From positions 1-37,704 of IMG/VR virus record IMGVR_UViG_3300049930_000024: a DNA stretch of 37,704 nucleotides, one strand, 5' to 3'. Positions 8,248 to 17,326 of this stretch are shown here, one piece after another. Position numbers and translations under genes: made by a program. Numbering within the stretch: the first letter of the stretch is position 1; every line of letters begins with the position of its first letter. Under the pieces are notes generated by a model. The model was not told the origin of the DNA and made no database searches. It saw only the letters and a program-made list of their open reading frames with translations. Source of the stretch: a virus (lineage: Duplodnaviria; Caudoviricetes).

Positions 8248-8301
8248 CCTAACTGTTTTGATTTACTCATAGATTGTCCTCTACTGTTAAAATGTAAAAA
8301 T

Positions 8302-8330
8302 AGTATATCTTAATTGTTGACATATAACAA
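8302..8330 (-). promoter_or_regulatory. Leftward sigma70 promoter for the cro/replication unit
   Basis: Minus strand TTGTTA-17 bp-TATACT. Confidence 0.65.
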
Positions 8331-8345
8331 GAGTTGTAATATTAT
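8317..8345 (+). promoter_or_regulatory. Rightward sigma70 promoter for the recombination/accessory unit
   Basis: TTGACA-17 bp-TATTAT; GAGG RBS before 8395. Confidence 0.85.
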
Positions 8346-8394
8346 TACCACACGTCAATACCGACTCAGACTACGTAAAGTAAAGAGGTATTAA

Positions 8395-8805
8395 ATGAGT
8401 ATTACAAACGAACAAGAACATTGCTTTTCTGAACAAATTAACGAATTGCAAAAAGTAAACAAACAAATTGCAAAGCTTAATGTACGCAAAGAAGAGTTAA
8501 CAGAACAGATTATCAGTTCGTTAGAACACGACCACGAGGGTCAGAAATCATACGAATACGGGATGTGGAAAATTGAAGTGAAGACGCCTTTTGTTTATTC
8601 GCTTAATAAAAAACTGTATGAATCAGGCAGCGTTAAGTTACCACAGGATTTTAATCCAATAAAAGAATCGGTATCTTATACTGTTGATAAAAGGCTTTGT
8701 GATAAGTTCATGGTGGACGCTCCTAAAAAGGTACGTGATGCGCTAGCAGAGTTAATTGATAAGAAGCCAGGCAAGGCAGGAATCACAATCAAGGAGCGGG
8801 TGTAA
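8395..8805 (+). CDS. Hypothetical protein with N-terminal coiled coil (recombination module)
   Basis: 136 aa, TAATG-coupled to the ATPase; occupies the position of Gam/Gp157-like genes. Confidence 0.7.
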   Translation: MSITNEQEHCFSEQINELQKVNKQIAKLNVRKEELTEQIISSLEHDHEGQKSYEYGMWKIEVKTPFVYSLNKKLYESGSVKLPQDFNPIKESVSYTVDKRLCDKFMVDAPKKVRDALAELIDKKPGKAGITIKERV

Positions 8806-9470
8806 TGTCTAATACAGTATTAGTCATAGGTCAATCGGGAAGTGGTAAATCCACCTCCCTGCGCAATTTAAATCCAAAATCAACATTCATTATCAATGTT
8901 TTGGACAAGCCCCTTCCTTTCAAAGGGTTCAAAAAGAGTTATCAACCCGTTACCAAAGAAAACAAAAACGGTAACTATTTCTCAGCAAATGATTGGTCAC
9001 ACGTCATTCGCTGTATTGAAATGGTCGATAAAACACGTCCTGATATAACTACATTAATCATTGATGACTGGCAATACATACTTGCGTATGAATTTATGCG
9101 CCGGGTTTCAGAAAAAGGCTTTGATAAGTTTAGCGAGTTAGCTAACCACGGCTGGTCTACGATTAACGCTTGCTTAGGAACGCGCCCTACCCTTACCAAT
9201 TTTATTTTGGCCCATAGTGATACGGATGCAACAGGCCGCGCTAAGTGTAAAACAATAGGTAAGCTGCTGGATGAAAAAATTACCCTTGAGGGGCTATTTA
9301 CTACGGTATTGCACTCACGGGTTGTAGATGGGGAGTACATGTTTCAAACCCAATCAGATAATGATTTTTTGGCCAAATCGCCAATGGGCATGTTCGAGGA
9401 GTTCCTAATACCTAACGATTTAGTTCGGGTAAAGGGTGCTGTTGAAAATTACTTTAATGATGAGGATTAA
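8805..9470 (+). CDS. AAA P-loop ATPase (Sak4-like phage recombination protein)
   Basis: Walker A GQSGSGKS, Walker B LIIDD, ILAH and AKSPMGMF. Confidence 0.85.
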   Translation: MSNTVLVIGQSGSGKSTSLRNLNPKSTFIINVLDKPLPFKGFKKSYQPVTKENKNGNYFSANDWSHVIRCIEMVDKTRPDITTLIIDDWQYILAYEFMRRVSEKGFDKFSELANHGWSTINACLGTRPTLTNFILAHSDTDATGRAKCKTIGKLLDEKITLEGLFTTVLHSRVVDGEYMFQTQSDNDFLAKSPMGMFEEFLIPNDLVRVKGAVENYFNDED

Positions 9471-9472
9471 TA

Positions 9473-10066
9473 ATGAGCGGAGCATTTTGGGAGTCAGAAT
9501 TGGGCGAAATCACAGGGAGTGCCGCCGATGCGTTTGCTAAATTTAAAACGCAAATACCCGACGGAACGATGGCGCTTGCGCGTATTGATTCATTTGTTAA
9601 TGATGAATACCAAGGCAATAAGTTTTTAAAGATCGAATGGGTGCTTACTGATGGCGATTTTAAAGGCGCTACCGTTGATCAGAAATTAAAAGTATATGGC
9701 GATCCAATGGCGCAAGATCCGGCCAAAGCACGCCACCGCGCATTAAACATGCTAAAGCTGATTTATCAGCTATACAACACCAAACCTAAACACTCAGGCC
9801 CACCAACAGACCAAGACTTACATGTATTTGTAGGAAAGGCTGCAGGCATAAAAATACGCGAAACAGAGCCTAACGATCAAGGTCGCCAGTACAACTGGAT
9901 TGCTGAAATTCACGACACCAAAGGCTTTAAGTGTGAAACAGGCGTAAGCGTTGTGGTAACTCATACACCCGCACAGCCGGGAAGAGAGCCTATAGATAGC
10001 GCGTTTAGTCGGAATAACGCCAGCTTACCTACAGATACCTCGATGGATGATGATATACCCTTTTAA
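9473..10066 (+). CDS. Single-stranded DNA-binding protein (DUF669-like)
   Basis: Beta-rich core and acidic C-terminus MDDDIPF mimicking the bacterial SSB tail; follows the Sak4-like ATPase. Confidence 0.75.
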   Translation: MSGAFWESELGEITGSAADAFAKFKTQIPDGTMALARIDSFVNDEYQGNKFLKIEWVLTDGDFKGATVDQKLKVYGDPMAQDPAKARHRALNMLKLIYQLYNTKPKHSGPPTDQDLHVFVGKAAGIKIRETEPNDQGRQYNWIAEIHDTKGFKCETGVSVVVTHTPAQPGREPIDSAFSRNNASLPTDTSMDDDIPF

Positions 10067-10085
10067 TTGATCAAGTTTTGTACAA

Positions 10086-10760
10086 TTGGAGTGGTTAATG
10101 ACCAGAGATAAGTTAACTAAAATGATACTTCGGTATCAAGAGCGGGTTGATGATGGGGATTCGCGGGATTATATCGGGGCCAGCAGTATTGGTTCCGATT
10201 GCATGCGTCAAATCTGGTATCAATTCAAGGGTATAAAGGCTGAAAAAGTACCTACTAAGATGCGCCGAACGTGGGCTATAGGGAAGCGCCTCGAGGGCTT
10301 GGTTGTTGATTGGTTGGATGAGGCGGGCATTACCTTAGGCGTATTGCCTGTTCGCACCTTACGGTCAAAGGCTGTGCCTGCGTTTCAGGGGCATATTGAT
10401 AGTGTATGGATTGGCAGGGATGGTAAATTCAATGCCATCATTGAGATTAAAACGGCCAAAGATGCCAGTTTTAAGATCTTTGTTAAGAAAGGGGTTAAGG
10501 TTTGGAACCCGCAGTATTATGCGCAAATTCAAGCCTATATGGGAATGAGTGGCATACATAGTACATATATACTTGTACTAAATAAGGATAATAGTGATCT
10601 TTCCGATGAATTAGTGACATTTGATGAGGAATTTTATCAAAAACTGGAAACTAAGGCGTTGATGATCTCAACGGCAGTTGTTGCGCCACCAAAGATTCAC
10701 GGCTCACCACTTTGGTATCAGTGCAAGATGTGTAAGTTTAATAAGGTGTGCCACAAATAA
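10086..10760 (+). CDS. Cas4-like PD-(D/E)XK exonuclease
   Basis: ASSIGSDCMRQIWY, GHIDS, IIEIKT, QIQAYM, and C-terminal CKMCKFNKVC giving a 1+3 Cys Fe-S arrangement. Confidence 0.85.
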   Translation: MEWLMTRDKLTKMILRYQERVDDGDSRDYIGASSIGSDCMRQIWYQFKGIKAEKVPTKMRRTWAIGKRLEGLVVDWLDEAGITLGVLPVRTLRSKAVPAFQGHIDSVWIGRDGKFNAIIEIKTAKDASFKIFVKKGVKVWNPQYYAQIQAYMGMSGIHSTYILVLNKDNSDLSDELVTFDEEFYQKLETKALMISTAVVAPPKIHGSPLWYQCKMCKFNKVCHK

Positions 10761-10771
10761 GGAAGTAGTAA

Positions 10772-11203
10772 ATGAGTGAATTAAAAATTGATGAAAAACA
10801 TATTAGACAAATGTGCCATGATTTGACGCATTTAATGCATGACATTGTTAAGGATATTGAATCGGTTGAAGACAAAAACAACGATGTATTTACGCGCTAT
10901 ATGTCAATGGTGCGATTAGGTGCCATTTTTATGGGTGCTAAACAGTCATTAAACATGAGCCGACACTTATTTACTATGGGTTTTGATGTTCAGCATGAAG
11001 TATTTCAAACCAAAGCTGCAAAGGAAAACGGATGGGATAAATGCCGCATTGAAGATAACCCATTTTTTGTAAATATAAATAATGATGATAATGATTCGGG
11101 TATCAAGGTTGAGTTTAAAGAATTACCTGATGAGTTAAAGGAAATAATTGTTAATGCCATTAGAGCTAAGTTTGGAGCCAATAAGCCGGAGCAAACACAC
11201 TAA
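10772..11203 (+). CDS. Hypothetical protein
   Basis: AAGGA RBS; operonic. Confidence 0.7.
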   Translation: MSELKIDEKHIRQMCHDLTHLMHDIVKDIESVEDKNNDVFTRYMSMVRLGAIFMGAKQSLNMSRHLFTMGFDVQHEVFQTKAAKENGWDKCRIEDNPFFVNINNDDNDSGIKVEFKELPDELKEIIVNAIRAKFGANKPEQTH

Positions 11204-11526
11204 TGAAGATGAACTATTTATTTAGATCGCAAAACAACGGTCATTTTTCAACATATCAAACAATAATTTCGGACACTGTTTTGACGCAAGAAAAGGTAAC
11301 GGAATGGCTTAGTGCTATTCCGGGCGTAGGACGAATGGGCGCAGATATAAATCAATTTTGTGAGATTCTCGATAAAAAGGGGATTAATTGGAGTATTTTT
11401 CGCTGTCCATGTTGTGATGCTTTAGTGAAAAATATTATGCCTGAAAACGTGGATGCCTTTATAACAAAATGTAATTTATTTGGTTTTTCATGGGTGATTT
11501 TAGAAGGTATTTCTGGGAATTATTAA
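11203..11526 (+). CDS. Hypothetical protein
   Basis: TAATG coupling. Confidence 0.6.
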   Translation: MKMNYLFRSQNNGHFSTYQTIISDTVLTQEKVTEWLSAIPGVGRMGADINQFCEILDKKGINWSIFRCPCCDALVKNIMPENVDAFITKCNLFGFSWVILEGISGNY

Positions 11527-11934
11527 ATGGGAATGTACACAGAGTTAATTTTTCAAGGTGAATCCAAGCCCGATTTACCAAAAGATATTCAAGAATTATT
11601 TGATTATTTTTTTAGTGACACTTTTGAATTAGATATTGGACAGCCGCATAGCGTTAGAAAGTTACCGGATCACCCTTTTTTCCAATGTCAACGATGGAAT
11701 CAAATAGGCTATATGAGCAGTCATTATTTCACGCCTTTCGCTTTGCGTTATACGCAAGGCACATCTTGGAATAACACAAAATATGTGTTTTTAAGGTGTG
11801 ATTTAAAAAATTATGACGATGACATTCAATTGTTTTTAGACTGGATTAAACCGTACATGGTCGATTATTACGGCTGGTATTGGTATGAAGAAGATGAGAC
11901 GCCAACTATTTTTAAGGAAGGTAGAAATGAATGA
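11527..11934 (+). CDS. Phage hypothetical protein (MGMYTE type)
   Basis: MGMYTEL, HPFF..RW and LKNYDDDIQLFLDWIKPY pattern familiar from phage hypothetical proteins. Confidence 0.7.
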   Translation: MGMYTELIFQGESKPDLPKDIQELFDYFFSDTFELDIGQPHSVRKLPDHPFFQCQRWNQIGYMSSHYFTPFALRYTQGTSWNNTKYVFLRCDLKNYDDDIQLFLDWIKPYMVDYYGWYWYEEDETPTIFKEGRNE

Positions 11935-12247
11935 CACATTATCTCACGAGCAAAAAGTCCATATAAGCGAAATTTTTCGTATGTATGAAGAGAATCTTAA
12001 TATGCAGTATCAAGAGACTATAAAACCAGAGATAGAATTGCTAGCGCGTTACAAAGGGGATTTGGCCAAAGGTTATCGTGAAGTAGCAGGGCATAGTAAT
12101 ACATTAATTGGCTGTATGAAGGAAATAATCGACAATCAAGAATCATTGGCATGGATTATGCGCGATTTAATAAAAGTAATTACTGGTAACTATCCTGAAG
12201 CAAGAGATCGCATTGATGCGGTAGAAGAGGAGAACCCTTGGAAATGA
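11927..12247 (+). CDS. Hypothetical helical protein
   Basis: Likely start at ATGAATGA 11927 after AAGGAAGG; the track's 11885 start is probably over-extended. Confidence 0.65.
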   Translation: MNDTLSHEQKVHISEIFRMYEENLNMQYQETIKPEIELLARYKGDLAKGYREVAGHSNTLIGCMKEIIDNQESLAWIMRDLIKVITGNYPEARDRIDAVEEENPWK

Positions 12248-12558
12248 ATGATTTAACCAAAGCAAATGGATCAACACAAATCACGCCACAAGATCAGGTA
12301 TTAAACGCACATCAATACCTTAAAGACTTCTTGGCTAAATTTGAGCATGCGCAACGTGGCGGTATACATGATTTCATGGAGTTAACCCTATTCAATATGA
12401 TTAACGCCTCCATTAAAAATATAGACGATTACCTTAAAACAGGTCATCACGAGGTTAACGCCAATGAAATCATGGCAATTGTTGCAGATTCCTATCAAAA
12501 GGTACTCGATGGCATTAAGCGTAATTTAGAGACTATGAAACAGGTGAATTTTAGATGA
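12244..12558 (+). CDS. Hypothetical protein (MNDLTK start)
   Basis: ATGA coupling at 12244. Confidence 0.65.
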   Translation: MNDLTKANGSTQITPQDQVLNAHQYLKDFLAKFEHAQRGGIHDFMELTLFNMINASIKNIDDYLKTGHHEVNANEIMAIVADSYQKVLDGIKRNLETMKQVNFR

Positions 12559-12872
12559 GCTATTATTTTTTAAACGACGACCACACATACAGACGATGTG
12601 CGTGGGACGAATGGGCTATGCAATATGAAGAGATGGACAGACATGTTGCTGAGGATTTTATTAACGGTAAACGTATATCAACCGTCTGGCTTGGTATAGA
12701 CCATAATCACTTTAGTGCAGGCGAACCTTTGTTATTTGAAACCATGGTATTTAATGAAGATGACATGGGTAATGATGTTTATATGGAGAGATACACCCAT
12801 TGGCATGAGGCCGTTGCAGGTCATAACAAAGCCCTCAATTGGGTATTAGACGGGTGTAATGAATTATCATGA
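12555..12872 (+). CDS. Phage hypothetical protein
   Basis: ISTVWLGIDH, PLLFETMVF and EAVAGH pattern familiar from phage hypothetical proteins; ATGA-coupled at both ends. Confidence 0.75.
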   Translation: MSYYFLNDDHTYRRCAWDEWAMQYEEMDRHVAEDFINGKRISTVWLGIDHNHFSAGEPLLFETMVFNEDDMGNDVYMERYTHWHEAVAGHNKALNWVLDGCNELS

Positions 12873-14620
12873 AACAGTTGCGGCCTTATCAATTAGACGC
12901 AGTAAATCAATGCTGGAAGGCATTAAAACTTAATGATAAGCCCGTATTGCTCATGGCAAGCGTTGGTGCTGGTAAAAGCCTTATGCTTGCCAATATATTA
13001 CTTACCATGCAAAAAGCGGGTAAACGCGCCTTATGCCTTGTTAACAACGCAGAATTGGTGCGGAATAACTGTGCCACCCTAATTGATGAGGGAGGTAACG
13101 CATCTATTTATTGTGCGGCACTAGGATATAAAGATGCTACCGCCCCCATAGTGTTTGGCACGCCTGTTTCGGTATTAAACGGTATAAATAAAAATGATGG
13201 AATCGCTCGAATCAAATTCAATATTATTGTTGTGGACGAAGCTCATGCTATTAATTACCTTAATCACCGCAGTAGTTTTATGCGGATCCTTAGGCATTAC
13301 AAACAAGAATACCCAGAAATGCGGGTGCTGGGAGCAACAGGAACAAACTTTAGATTCAAAGGAGCCGCTATCGTCGGATCCGATTGTTTGTTCCAAACTC
13401 AGGTCGGGAACATAACCACCGAACAATTAATAAATGATGGCTATTTAATTGAGCCACAGTTTCAAGTCGATAAAAATCTAGTCCTAGACTTTTCTAAGGT
13501 ACGAATCAAACAAAACGGCCAGTTCGATCAAAAGCAATTAGAGGCGGTTGTTGATAAGAGCGCACGCTTAACAGAGCTCATCTGTCATCAGGTAGTTCAC
13601 ATCATGGAAACCCAGAAACGGCGCGGGGTATTTTTCTTTGCTACCACAAAAAAACACGCATTTGAAATATTAAGCCACCTGCCTATGGGAGATTCGGCCA
13701 TCATTTTAGGGGAAACACCGCAGCATGAACGAACAGAAATCTTGGAAAAAGCGCGTGATGGTCGAATCCGCTATTTGGTTAATATCGCTATTATTAGCGT
13801 GGGGGTGGATGTTCCTGCTTACGACACCATTGCGTATCTCAGGCCGACTGAATCACTTGTCCTGCTCGTCCAGACAATGGGACGCGTGCTACGCCTTTCA
13901 CCTGCTACTAATAAAACCACCGCTCTGGTTCTTGATTTTGCTGGGAATATCGAGCGTCATAGGGACTGGGATAATCCGGTATTATTGGAGGCGGTTAAAC
14001 AAACCATCGACCAAGATAAGCCCCTAGTCATCTGCTGCCCGGCTTGTATGGAAATGAACACGGAGCATGCTAGGCGCTGCGTGGGTAAGGTTCCAAAAGA
14101 AACACCAGATGGTGTTGAGACTGAAAAAGAGGAGCGCTGCAGTTACTATTTTGAGTTTAAAGAGTGTGAGAATATAACGGACGGTAAGGCATGTGGCGCT
14201 CAAAATGATATTGCCGCACGTCTATGCCATAGCTGTGGATGTGAGTTAATAGACCCCAATGCCAAACTATCTTTATCACGCGTTCAAAATACATTAATAC
14301 AGGTCAATGTTCTGGAGGCGCGCTATGGCATATCCGGAACACAAAAAGGGTTTAGGGTTAATTGTGCGTACAAATGCCAAGACGAAACCGGGGCTGTAGG
14401 TTCTGTCTTTGAGCATTATTCACCATCCAGCGATAAAGCCCAGCGCGTATTCTATGGCCAATTTGTTAAAAAGCATTGTTTGGATGCCAGCAAATGGTAT
14501 ATGCATTTAGGCAATAGAAGCAAGGTAGAAGAGATGTTACAAACAGTCGATACACCGCTGTCATTGCTGATTGCTAAAGAGCATGAAGGTGTGCGGATTA
14601 AAAAAAAGATTTTTCAATAG
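12869..14620 (+). CDS. Superfamily 2 helicase (RadD/YejH-like) with C-terminal Zn fingers
   Basis: LRPYQ, SVGAGKS, DEAH, GATGT, GVDVP, QTMGRVLR, LDFAGN and several CxxC pairs. Confidence 0.92.
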   Translation: MKQLRPYQLDAVNQCWKALKLNDKPVLLMASVGAGKSLMLANILLTMQKAGKRALCLVNNAELVRNNCATLIDEGGNASIYCAALGYKDATAPIVFGTPVSVLNGINKNDGIARIKFNIIVVDEAHAINYLNHRSSFMRILRHYKQEYPEMRVLGATGTNFRFKGAAIVGSDCLFQTQVGNITTEQLINDGYLIEPQFQVDKNLVLDFSKVRIKQNGQFDQKQLEAVVDKSARLTELICHQVVHIMETQKRRGVFFFATTKKHAFEILSHLPMGDSAIILGETPQHERTEILEKARDGRIRYLVNIAIISVGVDVPAYDTIAYLRPTESLVLLVQTMGRVLRLSPATNKTTALVLDFAGNIERHRDWDNPVLLEAVKQTIDQDKPLVICCPACMEMNTEHARRCVGKVPKETPDGVETEKEERCSYYFEFKECENITDGKACGAQNDIAARLCHSCGCELIDPNAKLSLSRVQNTLIQVNVLEARYGISGTQKGFRVNCAYKCQDETGAVGSVFEHYSPSSDKAQRVFYGQFVKKHCLDASKWYMHLGNRSKVEEMLQTVDTPLSLLIAKEHEGVRIKKKIFQ

Positions 14621-14632
14621 AAAAGAATTAAA

Positions 14633-14809
14633 ATGAATGAGTTTACTAAAGATGAGTTATTAAAAATATGGCGATGTGTTAATCCTGTAATAATTGGTGA
14701 TGCGGCATATTCATTAAAAGATAAACTCGAATCCATGATTGATAACTATTGCGATGAAGATAAAGAGCTTACGGAAATAAAGCGGGAAATAGAGGCATTG
14801 TATGAATGA
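14633..14809 (+). CDS. MNxFTK-MIDNY family paralog A (58 aa), not in ORF track
   Basis: MNEFTKDELLKIWRCVNPVIIGDAAYSLKDKLESMIDNYCDEDKELTEIKREIEALYE. Confidence 0.8.
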   Translation: MNEFTKDELLKIWRCVNPVIIGDAAYSLKDKLESMIDNYCDEDKELTEIKREIEALYE

Positions 14810-14984
14810 ATTCACGAAAGGCGAGCTAATAAAATTAAAGAATGGTTTGGAATATTTACCTAATAACGTGAGTATGAGTCAAAAATATTGGAATGAGTGC
14901 GAAGATATTATACGTAAAATCCAATCAATGATTGATGACTACAGCGACAAAACATCACTAGCGGAGCTGCATAAGCATGACTGA
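14802..14984 (+). CDS. MNxFTK-MIDNY family paralog B
   Basis: MNEFTKGEL...KIQSMIDDYS. Confidence 0.8.
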   Translation: MNEFTKGELIKLKNGLEYLPNNVSMSQKYWNECEDIIRKIQSMIDDYSDKTSLAELHKHD

Positions 14985-15096
14985 CTTTGAGAAGCTAAAG
15001 CAAATTTACCACAACGAGGATATCTCATTTGGTTTTTTTCTTGGGTGTATCTTTTGCGGGATAATTCAATTAATTTTTTGGGTGATATGGCCATGA
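14977..15096 (+). CDS. Small membrane peptide (39 aa), not in ORF track
   Basis: MTDFEKLKQIYHNEDISFGFFLGCIFCGIIQLIFWVIWP; coupled at both ends. Confidence 0.65.
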   Translation: MTDFEKLKQIYHNEDISFGFFLGCIFCGIIQLIFWVIWP

Positions 15097-15659
15097 TTGA
15101 CTACGAGAAGCTACGTGAAGCGCATGAATTGGCTGAAAAAATACCATATTGTCTTTTAACAATTAGACATAGCAAGCATGATGGAACCAATTATTATCTT
15201 GAATGCCCCAGAGATTGGAAAAATATATATCATTACTGTGAAGATATTGACGACCTACTAATTAAACTCAAAGAGCTTACGCAGCCTAAGCCTAAATATC
15301 AGGTTGGGCAGTATGTATGGGTTACAAATTCTAGCAACAAAATAATAATGGCTTCGATATTAGAGGCTCATTATACCCCCGATGTTTACAGGTATGATAT
15401 TGTCACAGAAGATAATATTAATACAAGTCGCGCTGAATTCGCACTTTACCCATCCCGCGAAGCCCTAATCCAATCGCAAATAGACCATTGGACATGTTTA
15501 CAAAACGAAGAAATTTCGACAGGTTCTGATGATGTGTCGAATGAATCGACATGTGAGCATGTATCGAATGGTATTCGATATGCAAGACCTTTTGATAACA
15601 CAGATAAATATGTTGACTATAAATGCATTAGTAGATTTTCAGGGCAAAAATTGTTATGA
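15093..15659 (+). CDS. Multi-module hypothetical protein (MIDYEKL start, SH3/KOW-like middle)
   Basis: ATGA-coupled start at 15093; PKYQVGQYVWV resembles a KOW/SH3-like barrel; the C-terminal CEH..KC motif looks truncated. Confidence 0.7.
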   Translation: MIDYEKLREAHELAEKIPYCLLTIRHSKHDGTNYYLECPRDWKNIYHYCEDIDDLLIKLKELTQPKPKYQVGQYVWVTNSSNKIIMASILEAHYTPDVYRYDIVTEDNINTSRAEFALYPSREALIQSQIDHWTCLQNEEISTGSDDVSNESTCEHVSNGIRYARPFDNTDKYVDYKCISRFSGQKLL

Positions 15660-15789
15660 GATTGATGGCCGTAATTGCCTTGGGTGGGATACTGAAGATA
15701 GGCGATGTGACTGCGGAAATCGCAGGGTAGGTTGGGAAACTAATCGAGATTCAGACGGGTTATGGTATGCGTTTGCGGAGGCTTATTGA
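15610..15789 (+). CDS. Cys-rich hypothetical protein, 5' end uncertain
   Basis: DFQGKNC, CLGWD and RRCDCGNRRVGW; overlaps the upstream gene without a clear RBS. Confidence 0.5.
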   Translation: MLTINALVDFQGKNCYEIDGRNCLGWDTEDRRCDCGNRRVGWETNRDSDGLWYAFAEAY

Positions 15790-15983
15790 TGAAATTTACA
15801 ACTTTTCAAGATATGTATAACCAAGAAATTACAGTGCAATTTTCTGGTTCTGGAGACTATAGAATTTATCTTAAGCGACCTGATGATGATCCAAACAAAC
15901 CAACATGCATTTTGATGAATAAACACCAAGCAAAAATATTAATCAATGCGATTGCTGATTTGATGGATGCTGAAGATGATTGA
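15789..15983 (+). CDS. Hypothetical protein
   Basis: TGATG-coupled start MKFTTF after GGAGG. Confidence 0.7.
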   Translation: MKFTTFQDMYNQEITVQFSGSGDYRIYLKRPDDDPNKPTCILMNKHQAKILINAIADLMDAEDD

Positions 15984-16146
15984 TTATTTTATAGATTGGC
16001 AATATGAAGGCGGATTTTGTTTTCAAATAGAATCAACTGAAATAATTAATCCTGATTTAGAGCAATGCAATGAATTACTTGATGATTTGGAATCTATGGT
16101 GCTTCAGCTAACTATACAAAGAGATTTGTTAAAGGAGATAGCATGA
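15976..16146 (+). CDS. Small acidic protein (56 aa), not in ORF track
   Basis: MIDYFIDWQYEGGFCFQIESTEIINPDLEQCNELLDDLESMVLQLTIQRDLLKEIA; ATGATTGA coupling. Confidence 0.65.
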   Translation: MIDYFIDWQYEGGFCFQIESTEIINPDLEQCNELLDDLESMVLQLTIQRDLLKEIA

Positions 16147-16326
16147 ATGACTAAAATAATTCCCTTCAAAATCGAGCAAGAATTACTAATTTGTGGTTAC
16201 TGTTTTAATGATGACGGACTATTTCATATTGGTACTGATTTTGTTGCTTTTTGTATTAATTGTGGATGGACTGTGAGATTGAAAAGCACTACTTATCCTG
16301 ATTTAAGAGAGTATGAGAATGAATGA
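16147..16326 (+). CDS. Small Zn-ribbon protein (59 aa), not in ORF track
   Basis: MTKIIPFK...CGYC...CINCG; AAGGAG RBS. Confidence 0.65.
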   Translation: MTKIIPFKIEQELLICGYCFNDDGLFHIGTDFVAFCINCGWTVRLKSTTYPDLREYENE

Positions 16327-16588
16327 TTTTTTACCTTGTCCATTTTGTGGCAAAAGAGATTACGAGCATGAGATAGAGGGAAATTACGGTGATTTTCGTG
16401 TTTCTTGTGGGTATTGTGGTGCTAAAGGCGAAAGAGGGGATGATATAGACGAAGCTGTAGGTAATTGGAATACAAGAGCTAGACAAACTGATTCGGTTGA
16501 GTATTTATCGGGTTTTATAGATGCAAAACAAAAAATTCTTGATGCTATTAATTTTATAGGTAATAAAAAGGATAGTGAGCATGAATGA
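16319..16588 (+). CDS. Lar-like restriction alleviation protein
   Basis: LPCPFCG, VSCGYCGAKG and AVGNWNTR match the Lar family pattern. Confidence 0.75.
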   Translation: MNDFLPCPFCGKRDYEHEIEGNYGDFRVSCGYCGAKGERGDDIDEAVGNWNTRARQTDSVEYLSGFIDAKQKILDAINFIGNKKDSEHE

Positions 16589-16775
16589 CTTCACGAAAGA
16601 CGAATTATTAGCCTTAAAGCTTTGTATTGAAGATGAAAATTTAATAGGTTGGACAGCATCACATTATGAGGATTTGTGCAGAAAGATTGAAGCAATGATT
16701 GATAACTATTGCGAGCATGAGTGGATAAACAGTACTTATTGTGGGAAATGCGAAAAAGGGATAGCAGAATGTTAA
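16581..16775 (+). CDS. MNxFTK-MIDNY family paralog C
   Basis: MNDFTKDEL...KIEAMIDNYCEHEW...CGKC. Confidence 0.8.
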   Translation: MNDFTKDELLALKLCIEDENLIGWTASHYEDLCRKIEAMIDNYCEHEWINSTYCGKCEKGIAEC

Positions 16776-16927
16776 TCACTGAAAAACAATTACTAATATT
16801 AATTGATGTATTAAAAGATTCATTATGTATCGTTGGTCATTTTTGTATTCCGAAACAACAGCGTATAGATTTGTATTCAGCAATATTGAATCAACAATCC
16901 GATAAACTAAAGGAAATCAAAGAATGA
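16769..16927 (+). CDS. Hypothetical protein
   Basis: Likely start MLITEKQL, overlapping the paralog C stop. Confidence 0.6.
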   Translation: MLITEKQLLILIDVLKDSLCIVGHFCIPKQQRIDLYSAILNQQSDKLKEIKE

Positions 16928-17130
16928 AAATAGAGATATACAAAAATCAGCCTGGAGAAGAATTATTTCTTAAAATCATATTAGATAATGGTAATTGGGC
17001 TATTCATTCAGGCATAGAAACTACTAATGATTTATCAGGATTTAAGTTAACGCTGAATTGCAAAGAGCGAGAGTTCGCACAATGGATTTTGAATCATAGT
17101 AGCGTTGAGGATAAGGTGATTAATGATTAA
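16924..17130 (+). CDS. Hypothetical protein
   Basis: ATGA coupling; AAGGA RBS. Confidence 0.65.
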   Translation: MKIEIYKNQPGEELFLKIILDNGNWAIHSGIETTNDLSGFKLTLNCKEREFAQWILNHSSVEDKVIND

Positions 17131-17326
17131 ACGACTAATATGCAAATTACTAGGACATGATGAATATTTTAGACCATACAGAATAGACTATATAGATGGT
17201 GAATCTAAAGTAATAATACCAACAACCAACAAGTGCTCGCGATGCAAGGCTGAAATCCATAGGCTAATACTTCCGTATGAGGCTGAATTTTTAATAAGAG
17301 GTAAGGCGGTTTTGGAAAATGATTAA
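17123..17326 (+). CDS. DUF1660-like small protein
   Basis: MIKRLICKLLGH...CSRC; same pattern as ORF 5039-5173. Confidence 0.65.
   Translation: MIKRLICKLLGHDEYFRPYRIDYIDGESKVIIPTTNKCSRCKAEIHRLILPYEAEFLIRGKAVLEND

Noticed and set aside
10086-10760. CRISPR-Cas locus
   Set aside because: Solo Cas4-like nuclease with no cas1, cas2 or array.
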